A stretch of DNA of 64,000 nucleotides from Auanema rhodensis (lineage: Eukaryota; Animalia; Nematoda): positions 18,476,001 to 18,540,000 of the forward strand of contig OZ059895.1 in NCBI GenBank assembly GCA_964057225.1, read 5' to 3'. The position numbers and the translations under genes are program-made. The notes under the pieces were generated by a model. The model had not been told where the DNA came from and did not search any database. It worked only from the letters and a program-made list of their open reading frames with translations. This document shows, in pieces, positions 32,201 through 49,592 of this stretch (its first letter is position 1; the number at the start of each line of letters is the position of its first letter).

Positions 32201-32767
32201 CAACAAACTGCTAGAAATCAACATTTATAGGTTGTTGATCTTGGACGAGATTTGCAGTCATTTCATCAGTTACTCTCCGGTATTTTATCACAACCCAAAC
32301 TTAGGTATATTTTTGATGGTCTTGGTCATCTATGCGCCGCTATATTTATTCATACTAGGTAAAATACTGTATTTTTATTTTTAAAAATAATCATTATGTT
32401 AAAGTCAACATATGCCCCGTTTATCTGAAGCAGGTAAAAAGAGAATTTGCCGAGATGTCTGGGGTGTTCAGCAAAGACTATCCCAAATTACTGGAAGAAG
32501 AGAAGCTGCTTTAGATAGAGCACGGGCTTTCTTTGAACTTCTTTCACACGAACCCGATAGACTTCTTGCCTTATTACCTGATAAACGATCGCAGTTTAGC
32601 CCAATGGTCAGAAAATTTTCAGATTCTTTTAATTGAAAAGTTGTTTTCAGGAGATGAATCACTTAATATCGTTATCAGTAAGATCACATCCAATATTAGC
32701 GAACCAACCCGGTGCTTTGGATCAAAAGCTGAACCAGCTTTCAGCAATTTTAAAGCAAACTTCTTGA
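29249..32767 (+). CDS. sec-8: Exocyst complex component 4 (Sec8)
   Basis: GLLINVIRTLTSSVSEDQRELEKARLEKGF; KISAAWAADEDISRLLMSLPNW; CLLMLHLELRVHCFFHL; YIFDGLGHL; GKKRICRDVWGVQQRLSQIT. Confidence 0.93.
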
Positions 32768-33342
32768 TTTTAATTCAATCAAATTCCTCTAATGCTAAAT
32801 GTCCAGGTCTAATTACCTTGATAAGTTTTTCCAAAAGTGAATGTTTTATAAATTTTATAAACCTTGATCTGTTATAAATAACATAATTATATTATAATTT
32901 ATATCAAATAATAAATTATTTATTATAAATGTGTGCTTCTTTCACAATATAAAACCTGAAAATGAAAGCTAGAAATGCAATCTTCCGAATTAGATTTGCA
33001 AACAAATTAAATATCATGACTACCATTATTAGAACTGTTAAACTAAACTGCATTGTTTTAATATTCGCATAGTTCTTTCTAACTGTAATCCCATTTTATA
33101 GTGTGCTCCAATAGTAGATCAGATCACTGTGGATACAGGTCGAAGAATAGTTTTGATCTACCTGAAATGGGAGAGGTACTGGTTGATCGAAAGAAACAAA
33201 TCAGTTCATTCAGTTGAAGTGCAATGCACGGTATCTAGCTATTTAGTAAATAACAATTAAAAAATTGTTTCCTGCTATTATCTTCTATTGTTGTTTTATG
33301 GAATCATCCTTCAGTTATTCAGTTTTCCTTGAGTTTAGGTAA

Positions 33343-34980
<1,638 letters not shown>

Positions 34981-35127
34981 AAATTTTTTTGCATTGAACA
35001 TAATTTAAATAAAAATATACTTTCCTAATGATTTGCTATTATCATCATACAAACAAAATTTTAATTCAATCTGCTGAGAAAATATTCAAATTATGAGATT
35101 AAATAAGAGCCTAACAGAAAAGGGATA

Positions 35128-35292
35128 TTATAGGAAGGTTTTCTCACAACTATATAAAGCTAAACATATTTCTTCAGCATTTTCTCCTTTCTTGATTCTT
35201 TCAACTATTTCATCGATTTTGCCCTTGATAGCTTCCAAGCAAGGTGCATACAGAAAAGGTGAAGCATTGTTGCGGCAAAAGTCACTGATAGC
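35128..35292 (-). CDS. Terminal exon of a saposin-like (SapB; SPP/caenopore-type) gene; upstream exons not found in the window
   Basis: After acceptor TTCTTAG, an open 55-codon exon AISDFCRNNASPFLYAPCLEAIKGKIDEIVERIKKGENAEEICLALYSCEKTFL*; Cys spacing C-x11-C-x24-C-x5-C fits Cys3-Cys6 of the saposin fold. Confidence 0.75.
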   Translation of the reverse strand, partial: AISDFCRNNASPFLYAPCLEAIKGKIDEIVERIKKGENAEEICLALYSCEKTFL

Positions 35293-35660
35293 CTAAGAAG
35301 AGAGTATGAAATATAAAGCTGAACTGTACAAATGGTAATATGTTAACTAGTTAGCTAAATCTCTCAATATATACATTATATTTATATTTATATGTATAAA
35401 TATAAATATGAAAAGAAACTGGAAAAATTAAAAATTAAAAACAATACAATACTAAGAATATTTAAATTTTCAAAACAACATTAGCAAGCAATGAAAATCT
35501 AAACAATCATATCATTTTGAAAAAAAAGAAAGAGCGGTTGTATTCAGCATCATTACTTCAACTTCTAATCAACAACAATCACATAGTACAGATAAGTCAT
35601 TCATTATTTTATTATTCAATCATATAAATTAATATGTTAACAAAAAAAAATTTGTATGTT

Positions 35661-35688
35661 TGTGGCCCTGAAGAGGGCCGTTGGGTTA
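35661..35688 (-). promoter_or_regulatory. Histone 3' stem-loop of H4 (recurs every 3688 bp)
   Basis: TAACCCAAC-GGCCCT-CTTC-AGGGCC-ACA on the minus strand. Confidence 0.95.
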
Positions 35689-35712
35689 GGTAGTTGTCAC
35701 ATGTTATACAAC

Positions 35713-36045
<333 letters not shown>

Positions 36046-36553
36046 CTATGTGTTGAAGACTGCTCCTAGCATCTCCCTTATATACTAGTGCTGTAGAGGT
36101 CACCGCGCAAAAACCCATTGTAATCGGCACCAAGCATATTGGCGCTTAATTTTGCCGCTCAATTCTAGAAATGTATATTTAAATTTTATATAAGCGATAA
36201 GAAGAATAACATAAACAACTGTTTATTTGCGAACAAAGGTGGAATAGAAGCATGTAAGGCATTTGATATGATCACTTTTGTTGTTATCAACATGAAAGCA
36301 TAATTAATGAAATTCATAAAAAAATAATAAAGATGGATATGGAATATCAAAGACAGGGATTGTCCTTTACATAACACCGAAACACATCATATCAATTAGC
36401 ATTACATACCAAAAAAAAACAAAAGACAGACATAGTGCTTTTCGCTGAAACTAAAGTTATTTTTATCAAAAAATTGGTTAATGCTTTATTTTACCAAGAA
36501 CCTTTGTTTTTATTTATTATATTATAAATCATTATGAATACATCAAATTTAAA

Positions 36554-36581
36554 TGTGGCCCTAAAGAGGGCCGTTGGGTTA
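36554..36581 (-). promoter_or_regulatory. Histone 3' stem-loop of H3 (recurs every 3688 bp)
   Basis: TAACCCAAC-GGCCCT-CTTT-AGGGCC-ACA. Confidence 0.95.
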
Positions 36582-36598
36582 TGTAACGTTTCAAGCGC

Positions 36599-37102
<504 letters not shown>

Positions 37103-37579
37103 TCACTATTTTGGTATTTAGACTATAAATATATTTAATCGGATCATAGCTACATAAGTAAAGTATTACAGTAATAAGGACAAAAACTTAGTAATTGTAA
37201 GTTGAATGGAATGTAATAGTGAATTTGTATTAAAAGATTCACAGTTCCATTTAAAAAATAATTGTCTTCACACATTGTATAGTAAAATTTCTGATTAGAA
37301 TACACTTGACTAATTATAGATATTTCAACATCATTATAGCAAACATCTTTAAATGAACTAAATGAAACACTTGACAAGCGTTACTAATCTCATAAGAATT
37401 ACAACAATATTAATAAAGAAGCTCAAAAAAATTAACTATAAGAACAACCGATCAACTGCCATCTGTCTTAAAAATGAAATATCGATCAAAATTATTGAGC
37501 ACCCAAGTTTGTTATAATAATTATATTATTTATATTACATGAAAAACAATAATAAATATATGAGAGAAAATTCTGTATT

Positions 37580-37607
37580 TGTGGCCCTAAAGAGGGCCGT
37601 TGGGTTA
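37580..37607 (-). promoter_or_regulatory. Histone 3' stem-loop of H2A (recurs every 3688 bp)
   Basis: TAACCCAAC-GGCCCT-CTTT-AGGGCC-ACA. Confidence 0.95.
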
Positions 37608-37626
37608 GATGATAGCAGCACATCAT

Positions 37627-38010
37627 TTATTCCTTTTCTCCGGCAGTCTTCTTGGGGAGAAGGCTGGCTTGGATGTTTGGAAGAACTCCTCCTTGAGCGA
37701 TGGTTACACCAGAAAGAAGTTTGTTCAACTCTTCGTCATTTCTGACAGCAAGTTGAAGATGGCGAGGGTTGATTCTGCTCTTCTTGTTATCACGAGCAGC
37801 GTTACCAGCCAATTCGAGAACTTCAGCGGCAAGGTATTCAAGAACAGCAGCAAGGTAGACTGGAGCTCCGGCACCAACACGCTTAGCGTAGTTACCTTTG
37901 CGAAGCATACGGTGAAGACGTCCAACGGGGAATTGAAGTCCAGCTCTTGATGAGCGAGACTTGGCCTTTCCACCGGTCTTGGCTTTTCCTCCCTTTCCAC
38001 GTCCAGACAT
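37627..38010 (-). CDS. H2A: Histone H2A (copy 1)
   Basis: [31 protein letters not shown]...; true ATG at 38010. Confidence 0.99.
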   Translation of the reverse strand: MSGRGKGGKAKTGGKAKSRSSRAGLQFPVGRLHRMLRKGNYAKRVGAGAPVYLAAVLEYLAAEVLELAGNAARDNKKSRINPRHLQLAVRNDEELNKLLSGVTIAQGGVLPNIQASLLPKKTAGEKE

Positions 38011-38477
38011 GATGATAGCTAGGGCAGAGTTGTTTAACTCGTTAGCCCAAAAGAAATTGCTTGCGAAGCATATAGAGTTTAGCAAGCAGGCTCCGCCCAT
38101 ATGGACCATTGTCCCAATTCTCGCCACAGGTAAAAAATTGTATAGTAAAGATTACTATATAACCTATATAATATATTTAATTTTGATTAAAAATGGTTAC
38201 AATAGACTGCTTTCTTTTCAAAGCATTGTCTTTATATAGTCAAGCTGATTTAGAGCATACACAATTACAATGTTTTTCCAATAACCATGCCCTGTTTATC
38301 TACATATTTAAATATCCTTTTTTAATATATATTTGTATATATTGATACATCTACCATAGTACATCAATAATATATCCTAACCATTACAAGCAGTTCTGCC
38401 TGAAATCAAAAAAATAATACATTTATACATATTTATTATGACAATATTAATTTAATAATTCAACAAAATTAACTATA

Positions 38478-38505
38478 TGTGGCCCTAAAGAGGGCCGTTG
38501 GGTTA
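38478..38505 (-). promoter_or_regulatory. Histone 3' stem-loop of H2B (recurs every 3688 bp)
   Basis: TAACCCAAC-GGCCCT-CTTT-AGGGCC-ACA. Confidence 0.95.
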
Positions 38506-38528
38506 GGTTGCAGCACAACTCTAACAAT

Positions 38529-38900
38529 TTACTTGCTAGAGGTGTACTTAGTGACAGCCTTGGTTCCTTCAGAGACGGCGTGCTTGGCAAGTTCTCCTGG
38601 GAGGATAAGTCTGACGGCAGTCTGGACTTCGCGAGATGAGATGGTAGATCTCTTGTTGTAGTGAGCCAGACGGGAAGCCTCAGCAGCGATGCGCTCAAAA
38701 ACGTCATTGACGAATGAGTTCATGATGCTCATAGCCTTGGAGGAGATTCCGGTGTCAGGGTGGACCTGCTTCAATACACGGTAGACATAGACGGAGTAAG
38801 ATTCCTTTCTGGACTTTCTCTTCTTCTTGTCTCCGGTACGGCTGACCTTCTGGGTCTTAGCGGCCTTCTTAGCTCCCTTGGCGGATGGCTTGGGTGGCAT
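38529..38900 (-). CDS. H2B: Histone H2B (copy 1)
   Basis: [12 protein letters not shown]...[10 protein letters not shown]. Confidence 0.99.
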   Translation of the reverse strand: MPPKPSAKGAKKAAKTQKVSRTGDKKKRKSRKESYSVYVYRVLKQVHPDTGISSKAMSIMNSFVNDVFERIAAEASRLAHYNKRSTISSREVQTAVRLILPGELAKHAVSEGTKAVTKYTSSK

Positions 38901-38964
38901 AGTTATTGCTTCACTGACGAATCAAGTGGTATCGTACAACTCGGTAGCCTGACCTTTATGTTCA

Positions 38965-38986
38965 TTGGCGCGCCAACCACGCCCAC
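38965..38986 (-). promoter_or_regulatory. H2B promoter module: E2F-like palindrome + GC/CACCC box
   Basis: Perfect 12-bp palindrome TTGGCGCGCCAA followed by CCACGCCCAC. Confidence 0.6.
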
Positions 38987-39400
38987 ATTCCTAACGTCAA
39001 TGAAAGCTGAACTGTACAAATGGTAATATGTTAACTAGTTAGCTAAATCTCTCAATATATACATTATATTTATATTTATATGTATAAATATAAATATGAA
39101 AAGAAACTGGAAAAATTAAAAATTAAAAACAATACAATACTAAGAATATTTAAATTTTCAAAACAACATTAGCAAGCAATGAAAATCTAAACAATCATAT
39201 CATTTTGAAAAAAAAGAAAGAGCGGTTGTATTCAGCATCATTACTTCAACTTCTAATCAACAACAATCACATAGTACAGATAAGTCATTCATTATTTTAT
39301 TATTCAATCATATAAATTAATATGTTAACAAAAAAAAATTTGTATGTTTGTGGCCCTGAAGAGGGCCGTTGGGTTAGGTAGTTGTCACATGTTATACAAC

Positions 39401-39733
<333 letters not shown>

Positions 39734-40286
39734 CTATGTGTTGAAGACTGCTCCTAGCATCTCCCTTATATACTAGTGCTGTAGAGGTCACCGCGCAAAA
39801 ACCCATTGTAATCGGCACCAAGCATATTGGCGCTTAATTTTGCCGCTCAATTCTAGAAATGTATATTTAAATTTTATATAAGCGATAAGAAGAATAACAT
39901 AAACAACTGTTTATTTGCGAACAAAGGTGGAATAGAAGCATGTAAGGCATTTGATATGATCACTTTTGTTGTTATCAACATGAAAGCATAATTAATGAAA
40001 TTCATAAAAAAATAATAAAGATGGATATGGAATATCAAAGACAGGGATTGTCCTTTACATAACACCGAAACACATCATATCAATTAGCATTACATACCAA
40101 AAAAAAACAAAAGACAGACATAGTGCTTTTCGCTGAAACTAAAGTTATTTTTATCAAAAAATTGGTTAATGCTTTATTTTACCAAGAACCTTTGTTTTTA
40201 TTTATTATATTATAAATCATTATGAATACATCAAATTTAAATGTGGCCCTAAAGAGGGCCGTTGGGTTATGTAACGTTTCAAGCGC

Positions 40287-40790
<504 letters not shown>

Positions 40791-41314
40791 TCACTATTTT
40801 GGTATTTAGACTATAAATATATTTAATCGGATCATAGCTACATAAGTAAAGTATTACAGTAATAAGGACAAAAACTTAGTAATTGTAAGTTGAATGGAAT
40901 GTAATAGTGAATTTGTATTAAAAGATTCACAGTTCCATTTAAAAAATAATTGTCTTCACACATTGTATAGTAAAATTTCTGATTAGAATACACTTGACTA
41001 ATTATAGATATTTCAACATCATTATAGCAAACATCTTTAAATGAACTAAATGAAACACTTGACAAGCGTTACTAATCTCATAAGAATTACAACAATATTA
41101 ATAAAGAAGCTCAAAAAAATTAACTATAAGAACAACCGATCAACTGCCATCTGTCTTAAAAATGAAATATCGATCAAAATTATTGAGCACCCAAGTTTGT
41201 TATAATAATTATATTATTTATATTACATGAAAAACAATAATAAATATATGAGAGAAAATTCTGTATTTGTGGCCCTAAAGAGGGCCGTTGGGTTAGATGA
41301 TAGCAGCACATCAT

Positions 41315-41698
41315 TTATTCCTTTTCTCCGGCAGTCTTCTTGGGGAGAAGGCTGGCTTGGATGTTTGGAAGAACTCCTCCTTGAGCGATGGTTACACCAG
41401 AAAGAAGTTTGTTCAACTCTTCGTCATTTCTGACAGCAAGTTGAAGATGGCGAGGGTTGATTCTGCTCTTCTTGTTATCACGAGCAGCGTTACCAGCCAA
41501 TTCGAGAACTTCAGCGGCAAGGTATTCAAGAACAGCAGCAAGGTAGACTGGAGCTCCGGCACCAACACGCTTAGCGTAGTTACCTTTGCGAAGCATACGG
41601 TGAAGACGTCCAACGGGGAATTGAAGTCCAGCTCTTGATGAGCGAGACTTGGCCTTTCCACCGGTCTTGGCTTTTCCTCCCTTTCCACGTCCAGACAT
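41315..41698 (-). CDS. H2A: Histone H2A (copy 2)
   Basis: Protein identical to copy 1. Confidence 0.99.
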   Translation of the reverse strand: MSGRGKGGKAKTGGKAKSRSSRAGLQFPVGRLHRMLRKGNYAKRVGAGAPVYLAAVLEYLAAEVLELAGNAARDNKKSRINPRHLQLAVRNDEELNKLLSGVTIAQGGVLPNIQASLLPKKTAGEKE

Positions 41699-42216
41699 GA
41701 TGATAGCTAGGGCAGAGTTGTTTAACTCGTTAGCCCAAAAGAAATTGCTTGCGAAGCATATAGAGTTTAGCAAGCAGGCTCCGCCCATATGGACCATTGT
41801 CCCAATTCTCGCCACAGGTAAAAAATTGTATAGTAAAGATTACTATATAACCTATATAATATATTTAATTTTGATTAAAAATGGTTACAATAGACTGCTT
41901 TCTTTTCAAAGCATTGTCTTTATATAGTCAAGCTGATTTAGAGCATACACAATTACAATGTTTTTCCAATAACCATGCCCTGTTTATCTACATATTTAAA
42001 TATCCTTTTTTAATATATATTTGTATATATTGATACATCTACCATAGTACATCAATAATATATCCTAACCATTACAAGCAGTTCTGCCTGAAATCAAAAA
42101 AATAATACATTTATACATATTTATTATGACAATATTAATTTAATAATTCAACAAAATTAACTATATGTGGCCCTAAAGAGGGCCGTTGGGTTAGGTTGCA
42201 GCACAACTCTAACAAT

Positions 42217-42588
42217 TTACTTGCTAGAGGTGTACTTAGTGACAGCCTTGGTTCCTTCAGAGACGGCGTGCTTGGCAAGTTCTCCTGGGAGGATAAGTCT
42301 GACGGCAGTCTGGACTTCGCGAGATGAGATGGTAGATCTCTTGTTGTAGTGAGCCAGACGGGAAGCCTCAGCAGCGATGCGCTCAAAAACGTCATTGACG
42401 AATGAGTTCATGATGCTCATAGCCTTGGAGGAGATTCCGGTGTCAGGGTGGACCTGCTTCAATACACGGTAGACATAGACGGAGTAAGATTCCTTTCTGG
42501 ACTTTCTCTTCTTCTTGTCTCCGGTACGGCTGACCTTCTGGGTCTTAGCGGCCTTCTTAGCTCCCTTGGCGGATGGCTTGGGTGGCAT
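42217..42588 (-). CDS. H2B: Histone H2B (copy 2)
   Basis: Protein identical to copy 1. Confidence 0.99.
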   Translation of the reverse strand: MPPKPSAKGAKKAAKTQKVSRTGDKKKRKSRKESYSVYVYRVLKQVHPDTGISSKAMSIMNSFVNDVFERIAAEASRLAHYNKRSTISSREVQTAVRLILPGELAKHAVSEGTKAVTKYTSSK

Positions 42589-43088
42589 AGTTATTGCTTC
42601 ACTGACGAATCAAGTGGTATCGTACAACTCGGTAGCCTGACCTTTATGTTCATTGGCGCGCCAACCACGCCCACATTCCTAACGTCAATGAAAGCTGAAC
42701 TGTACAAATGGTAATATGTTAACTAGTTAGCTAAATCTCTCAATATATACATTATATTTATATTTATATGTATAAATATAAATATGAAAAGAAACTGGAA
42801 AAATTAAAAATTAAAAACAATACAATACTAAGAATATTTAAATTTTCAAAACAACATTAGCAAGCAATGAAAATCTAAACAATCATATCATTTTGAAAAA
42901 AAAGAAAGAGCGGTTGTATTCAGCATCATTACTTCAACTTCTAATCAACAACAAGCACATAGTACAGATAAGTCATTCATTATTTTATTATTCAATCATA
43001 TAAATTAATATGTTAACAAAAAAAAATTTGTATGTTTGTGGCCCTGAAGAGGGCCGTTGGGTTAGGTAGTTGTCACATGTTATACAAC

Positions 43089-43421
<333 letters not shown>

Positions 43422-43974
43422 CTATGTGTTGAAGACTGCTCCTAGCATCTCCCTTATATACTAGTGCTGTAGAGGTCACCGCGCAAAAACCCATTGTAAT
43501 CGGCACCAAGCATATTGGCGCTTAATTTTGCCGCTCAATTCTAGAAATGTATATTTAAATTTTATATAAGCGATAAGAAGAATAACATAAACAACTGTTT
43601 ATTTGCGAACAAAGGTGGAATAGAAGCATGTAAGGCATTTGATATGATCACTTTTGTTGTTATCAACATGAAAGCATAATTAATGAAATTCATAAAAAAA
43701 TAATAAAGATGGATATGGAATATCAAAGACAGGGATTGTCCTTTACATAACACCGAAACACATCATATCAATTAGCATTACATACCAAAAAAAAACAAAA
43801 GACAGACATAGTGCTTTTCGCTGAAACTAAAGTTATTTTTATCAAAAAATTGGTTAATGCTTTATTTTACCAAGAACCTTTGTTTTTATTTATTATATTA
43901 TAAATCATTATGAATACATCAAATTTAAATGTGGCCCTAAAGAGGGCCGTTGGGTTATGTAACGTTTCAAGCGC

Positions 43975-44478
<504 letters not shown>

Positions 44479-45002
44479 TCACTATTTTGGTATTTAGACT
44501 ATAAATATATTTAATCGGATCATAGCTACATAAGTAAAGTATTACAGTAATAAGGACAAAAACTTAGTAATTGTAAGTTGAATGGAATGTAATAGTGAAT
44601 TTGTATTAAAAGATTCACAGTTCCATTTAAAAAATAATTGTCTTCACACATTGTATAGTAAAATTTCTGATTAGAATACACTTGACTAATTATAGATATT
44701 TCAACATCATTATAGCAAACATCTTTAAATGAACTAAATGAAACACTTGACAAGCGTTACTAATCTCATAAGAATTACAACAATATTAATAAAGAAGCTC
44801 AAAAAAATTAACTATAAGAACAACCGATCAACTGCCATCTGTCTTAAAAATGAAATATCGATCAAAATTATTGAGCACCCAAGTTTGTTATAATAATTAT
44901 ATTATTTATATTACATGAAAAACAATAATAAATATATGAGAGAAAATTCTGTATTTGTGGCCCTAAAGAGGGCCGTTGGGTTAGATGATAGCAGCACATC
45001 AT

Positions 45003-45386
45003 TTATTCCTTTTCTCCGGCAGTCTTCTTGGGGAGAAGGCTGGCTTGGATGTTTGGAAGAACTCCTCCTTGAGCGATGGTTACACCAGAAAGAAGTTTGT
45101 TCAACTCTTCGTCATTTCTGACAGCAAGTTGAAGATGGCGAGGGTTGATTCTGCTCTTCTTGTTATCACGAGCAGCGTTACCAGCCAATTCGAGAACTTC
45201 AGCGGCAAGGTATTCAAGAACAGCAGCAAGGTAGACTGGAGCTCCGGCACCAACACGCTTAGCGTAGTTACCTTTGCGAAGCATACGGTGAAGACGTCCA
45301 ACGGGGAATTGAAGTCCAGCTCTTGATGAGCGAGACTTGGCCTTTCCACCGGTCTTGGCTTTTCCTCCCTTTCCACGTCCAGACAT
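45003..45386 (-). CDS. H2A: Histone H2A (copy 3)
   Basis: Protein identical to copy 1. Confidence 0.99.
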   Translation of the reverse strand: MSGRGKGGKAKTGGKAKSRSSRAGLQFPVGRLHRMLRKGNYAKRVGAGAPVYLAAVLEYLAAEVLELAGNAARDNKKSRINPRHLQLAVRNDEELNKLLSGVTIAQGGVLPNIQASLLPKKTAGEKE

Positions 45387-45904
45387 GATGATAGCTAGGG
45401 CAGAGTTGTTTAACTCGTTAGCCCAAAAGAAATTGCTTGCGAAGCATATAGAGTTTAGCAAGCAGGCTCCGCCCATATGGACCATTGTCCCAATTCTCGC
45501 CACAGGTAAAAAATTGTATAGTAAAGATTACTATATAACCTATATAATATATTTAATTTTGATTAAAAATGGTTACAATAGACTGCTTTCTTTTCAAAGC
45601 ATTGTCTTTATATAGTCAAGCTGATTTAGAGCATACACAATTACAATGTTTTTCCAATAACCATGCCCTGTTTATCTACATATTTAAATATCCTTTTTTA
45701 ATATATATTTGTATATATTGATACATCTACCATAGTACATCAATAATATATCCTAACCATTACAAGCAGTTCTGCCTGAAATCAAAAAAATAATACATTT
45801 ATACATATTTATTATGACAATATTAATTTAATAATTCAACAAAATTAACTATATGTGGCCCTAAAGAGGGCCGTTGGGTTAGGTTGCAGCACAACTCTAA
45901 CAAT

Positions 45905-46276
45905 TTACTTGCTAGAGGTGTACTTAGTGACAGCCTTGGTTCCTTCAGAGACGGCGTGCTTGGCAAGTTCTCCTGGGAGGATAAGTCTGACGGCAGTCTG
46001 GACTTCGCGAGATGAGATGGTAGATCTCTTGTTGTAGTGAGCCAGACGGGAAGCCTCAGCAGCGATGCGCTCAAAAACGTCATTGACGAATGAGTTCATG
46101 ATGCTCATAGCCTTGGAGGAGATTCCGGTGTCAGGGTGGACCTGCTTCAATACACGGTAGACATAGACGGAGTAAGATTCCTTTCTGGACTTTCTCTTCT
46201 TCTTGTCTCCGGTACGGCTGACCTTCTGGGTCTTAGCGGCCTTCTTAGCTCCCTTGGCGGATGGCTTGGGTGGCAT
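45905..46276 (-). CDS. H2B: Histone H2B (copy 3)
   Basis: Protein identical to copy 1. Confidence 0.99.
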   Translation of the reverse strand: MPPKPSAKGAKKAAKTQKVSRTGDKKKRKSRKESYSVYVYRVLKQVHPDTGISSKAMSIMNSFVNDVFERIAAEASRLAHYNKRSTISSREVQTAVRLILPGELAKHAVSEGTKAVTKYTSSK

Positions 46277-46776
46277 AGTTATTGCTTCACTGACGAATCA
46301 AGTGGTATCGTACAACTCGGTAGCCTGACCTTTATGTTCATTGGCGCGCCAACCACGCCCACATTCCTAACGTCAATGAAAGCTGAACTGTACAAATGGT
46401 AATATGTTAACTAGTTAGCTAAATCTCTCAATATATACATTATATTTATATTTATATGTATAAATATAAATATGAAAAGAAACTGGAAAAATTAAAAATT
46501 AAAAACAATACAATACTAAGAATATTTAAATTTTCAAAACAACATTAGCAAGCAATGAAAATCTAAACAATCATATCATTTTGAAAAAAAAGAAAGAGCG
46601 GTTGTATTCAGCATCATTACTTCAACTTCTAATCAACAACAAGCACATAGTACAGATAAGTCATTCATTATTTTATTATTCAATCATATAAATTAATATG
46701 TTAACAAAAAAAAATTTGTATGTTTGTGGCCCTGAAGAGGGCCGTTGGGTTAGGTAGTTGTCACATGTTATACAAC

Positions 46777-47109
<333 letters not shown>

Positions 47110-47662
47110 CTATGTGTTGAAGACTGCTCCTAGCATCTCCCTTATATACTAGTGCTGTAGAGGTCACCGCGCAAAAACCCATTGTAATCGGCACCAAGCA
47201 TATTGGCGCTTAATTTTGCCGCTCAATTCTAGAAATGTATATTTAAATTTTATATAAGCGATAAGAAGAATAACATAAACAACTGTTTATTTGCGAACAA
47301 AGGTGGAATAGAAGCATGTAAGGCATTTGATATGATCACTTTTGTTGTTATCAACATGAAAGCATAATTAATGAAATTCATAAAAAAATAATAAAGATGG
47401 ATATGGAATATCAAAGACAGGGATTGTCCTTTACATAACACCGAAACACATCATATCAATTAGCATTACATACCAAAAAAAAACAAAAGACAGACATAGT
47501 GCTTTTCGCTGAAACTAAAGTTATTTTTATCAAAAAATTGGTTAATGCTTTATTTTACCAAGAACCTTTGTTTTTATTTATTATATTATAAATCATTATG
47601 AATACATCAAATTTAAATGTGGCCCTAAAGAGGGCCGTTGGGTTATGTAACGTTTCAAGCGC

Positions 47663-48166
<504 letters not shown>

Positions 48167-48690
48167 TCACTATTTTGGTATTTAGACTATAAATATATTT
48201 AATCGGATCATAGCTACATAAGTAAAGTATTACAGTAATAAGGACAAAAACTTAGTAATTGTAAGTTGAATGGAATGTAATAGTGAATTTGTATTAAAAG
48301 ATTCACAGTTCCATTTAAAAAATAATTGTCTTCACACATTGTATAGTAAAATTTCTGATTAGAATACACTTGACTAATTATAGATATTTCAACATCATTA
48401 TAGCAAACATCTTTAAATGAACTAAATGAAACACTTGACAAGCGTTACTAATCTCATAAGAATTACAACAATATTAATAAAGAAGCTCAAAAAAATTAAC
48501 TATAAGAACAACCGATCAACTGCCATCTGTCTTAAAAATGAAATATCGATCAAAATTATTGAGCACCCAAGTTTGTTATAATAATTATATTATTTATATT
48601 ACATGAAAAACAATAATAAATATATGAGAGAAAATTCTGTATTTGTGGCCCTAAAGAGGGCCGTTGGGTTAGATGATAGCAGCACATCAT

Positions 48691-49074
48691 TTATTCCTTT
48701 TCTCCGGCAGTCTTCTTGGGGAGAAGGCTGGCTTGGATGTTTGGAAGAACTCCTCCTTGAGCGATGGTTACACCAGAAAGAAGTTTGTTCAACTCTTCGT
48801 CATTTCTGACAGCAAGTTGAAGATGGCGAGGGTTGATTCTGCTCTTCTTGTTATCACGAGCAGCGTTACCAGCCAATTCGAGAACTTCAGCGGCAAGGTA
48901 TTCAAGAACAGCAGCAAGGTAGACTGGAGCTCCGGCACCAACACGCTTAGCGTAGTTACCTTTGCGAAGCATACGGTGAAGACGTCCAACGGGGAATTGA
49001 AGTCCAGCTCTTGATGAGCGAGACTTGGCCTTTCCACCGGTCTTGGCTTTTCCTCCCTTTCCACGTCCAGACAT
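48691..49074 (-). CDS. H2A: Histone H2A (copy 4)
   Basis: Protein identical to copy 1. Confidence 0.99.
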   Translation of the reverse strand: MSGRGKGGKAKTGGKAKSRSSRAGLQFPVGRLHRMLRKGNYAKRVGAGAPVYLAAVLEYLAAEVLELAGNAARDNKKSRINPRHLQLAVRNDEELNKLLSGVTIAQGGVLPNIQASLLPKKTAGEKE

Positions 49075-49592
49075 GATGATAGCTAGGGCAGAGTTGTTTA
49101 ACTCGTTAGCCCAAAAGAAATTGCTTGCGAAGCATATAGAGTTTAGCAAGCAGGCTCCGCCCATATGGACCATTGTCCCAATTCTCGCCACAGGTAAAAA
49201 ATTGTATAGTAAAGATTACTATATAACCTATATAATATATTTAATTTTGATTAAAAATGGTTACAATAGACTGCTTTTTTTTCAAAGCATTGTCTTTATA
49301 TAGTCAAGCTGATTTAGAGCATACACAATTACAATGTTTTTCCAATAACCATGCCCTGTTTATCTACATATTTAAATATCCTTTTTTAATATATATTTGT
49401 ATATATTGATACATCTACCATAGTACATCAATAATATATCCTAACCATTACAAGCAGTTCTGCCTGAAATCAAAAAAATAATACATTTATACATATTTAT
49501 TATGACAATATTAATTTAATAATTCAACAAAATTAACTATATGTGGCCCTAAAGAGGGCCGTTGGGTTAGGTTGCAGCACAACTCTAACAAT

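Noticed and set aside
35274-35297. GGC...GCCTAAG near the array edge, reminiscent of a telomere seed or DNA-elimination break motif
   Set aside because: Not palindromic, and fully explained by the saposin exon codons and its TTAG|G splice acceptor.
35569-35604. Minus-strand mini-ORF MNDLSVLCDCC* as the missing saposin Cys-x2-Cys exon
   Set aside because: It ends in a stop, has no signal peptide or donor site, and overlaps the H4 poly(A) region.
37501-37511. ACCCAAGTTTG in the histone spacer matches the core of the SL1 leader (GGTTTAATTACCCAAGTTTGAG)
   Set aside because: Only 11 nt match; there is no GGTTTAATT 5' part, no AG|GT donor and no SL RNA stems or Sm site, so it is not an SL gene linked to the repeat.
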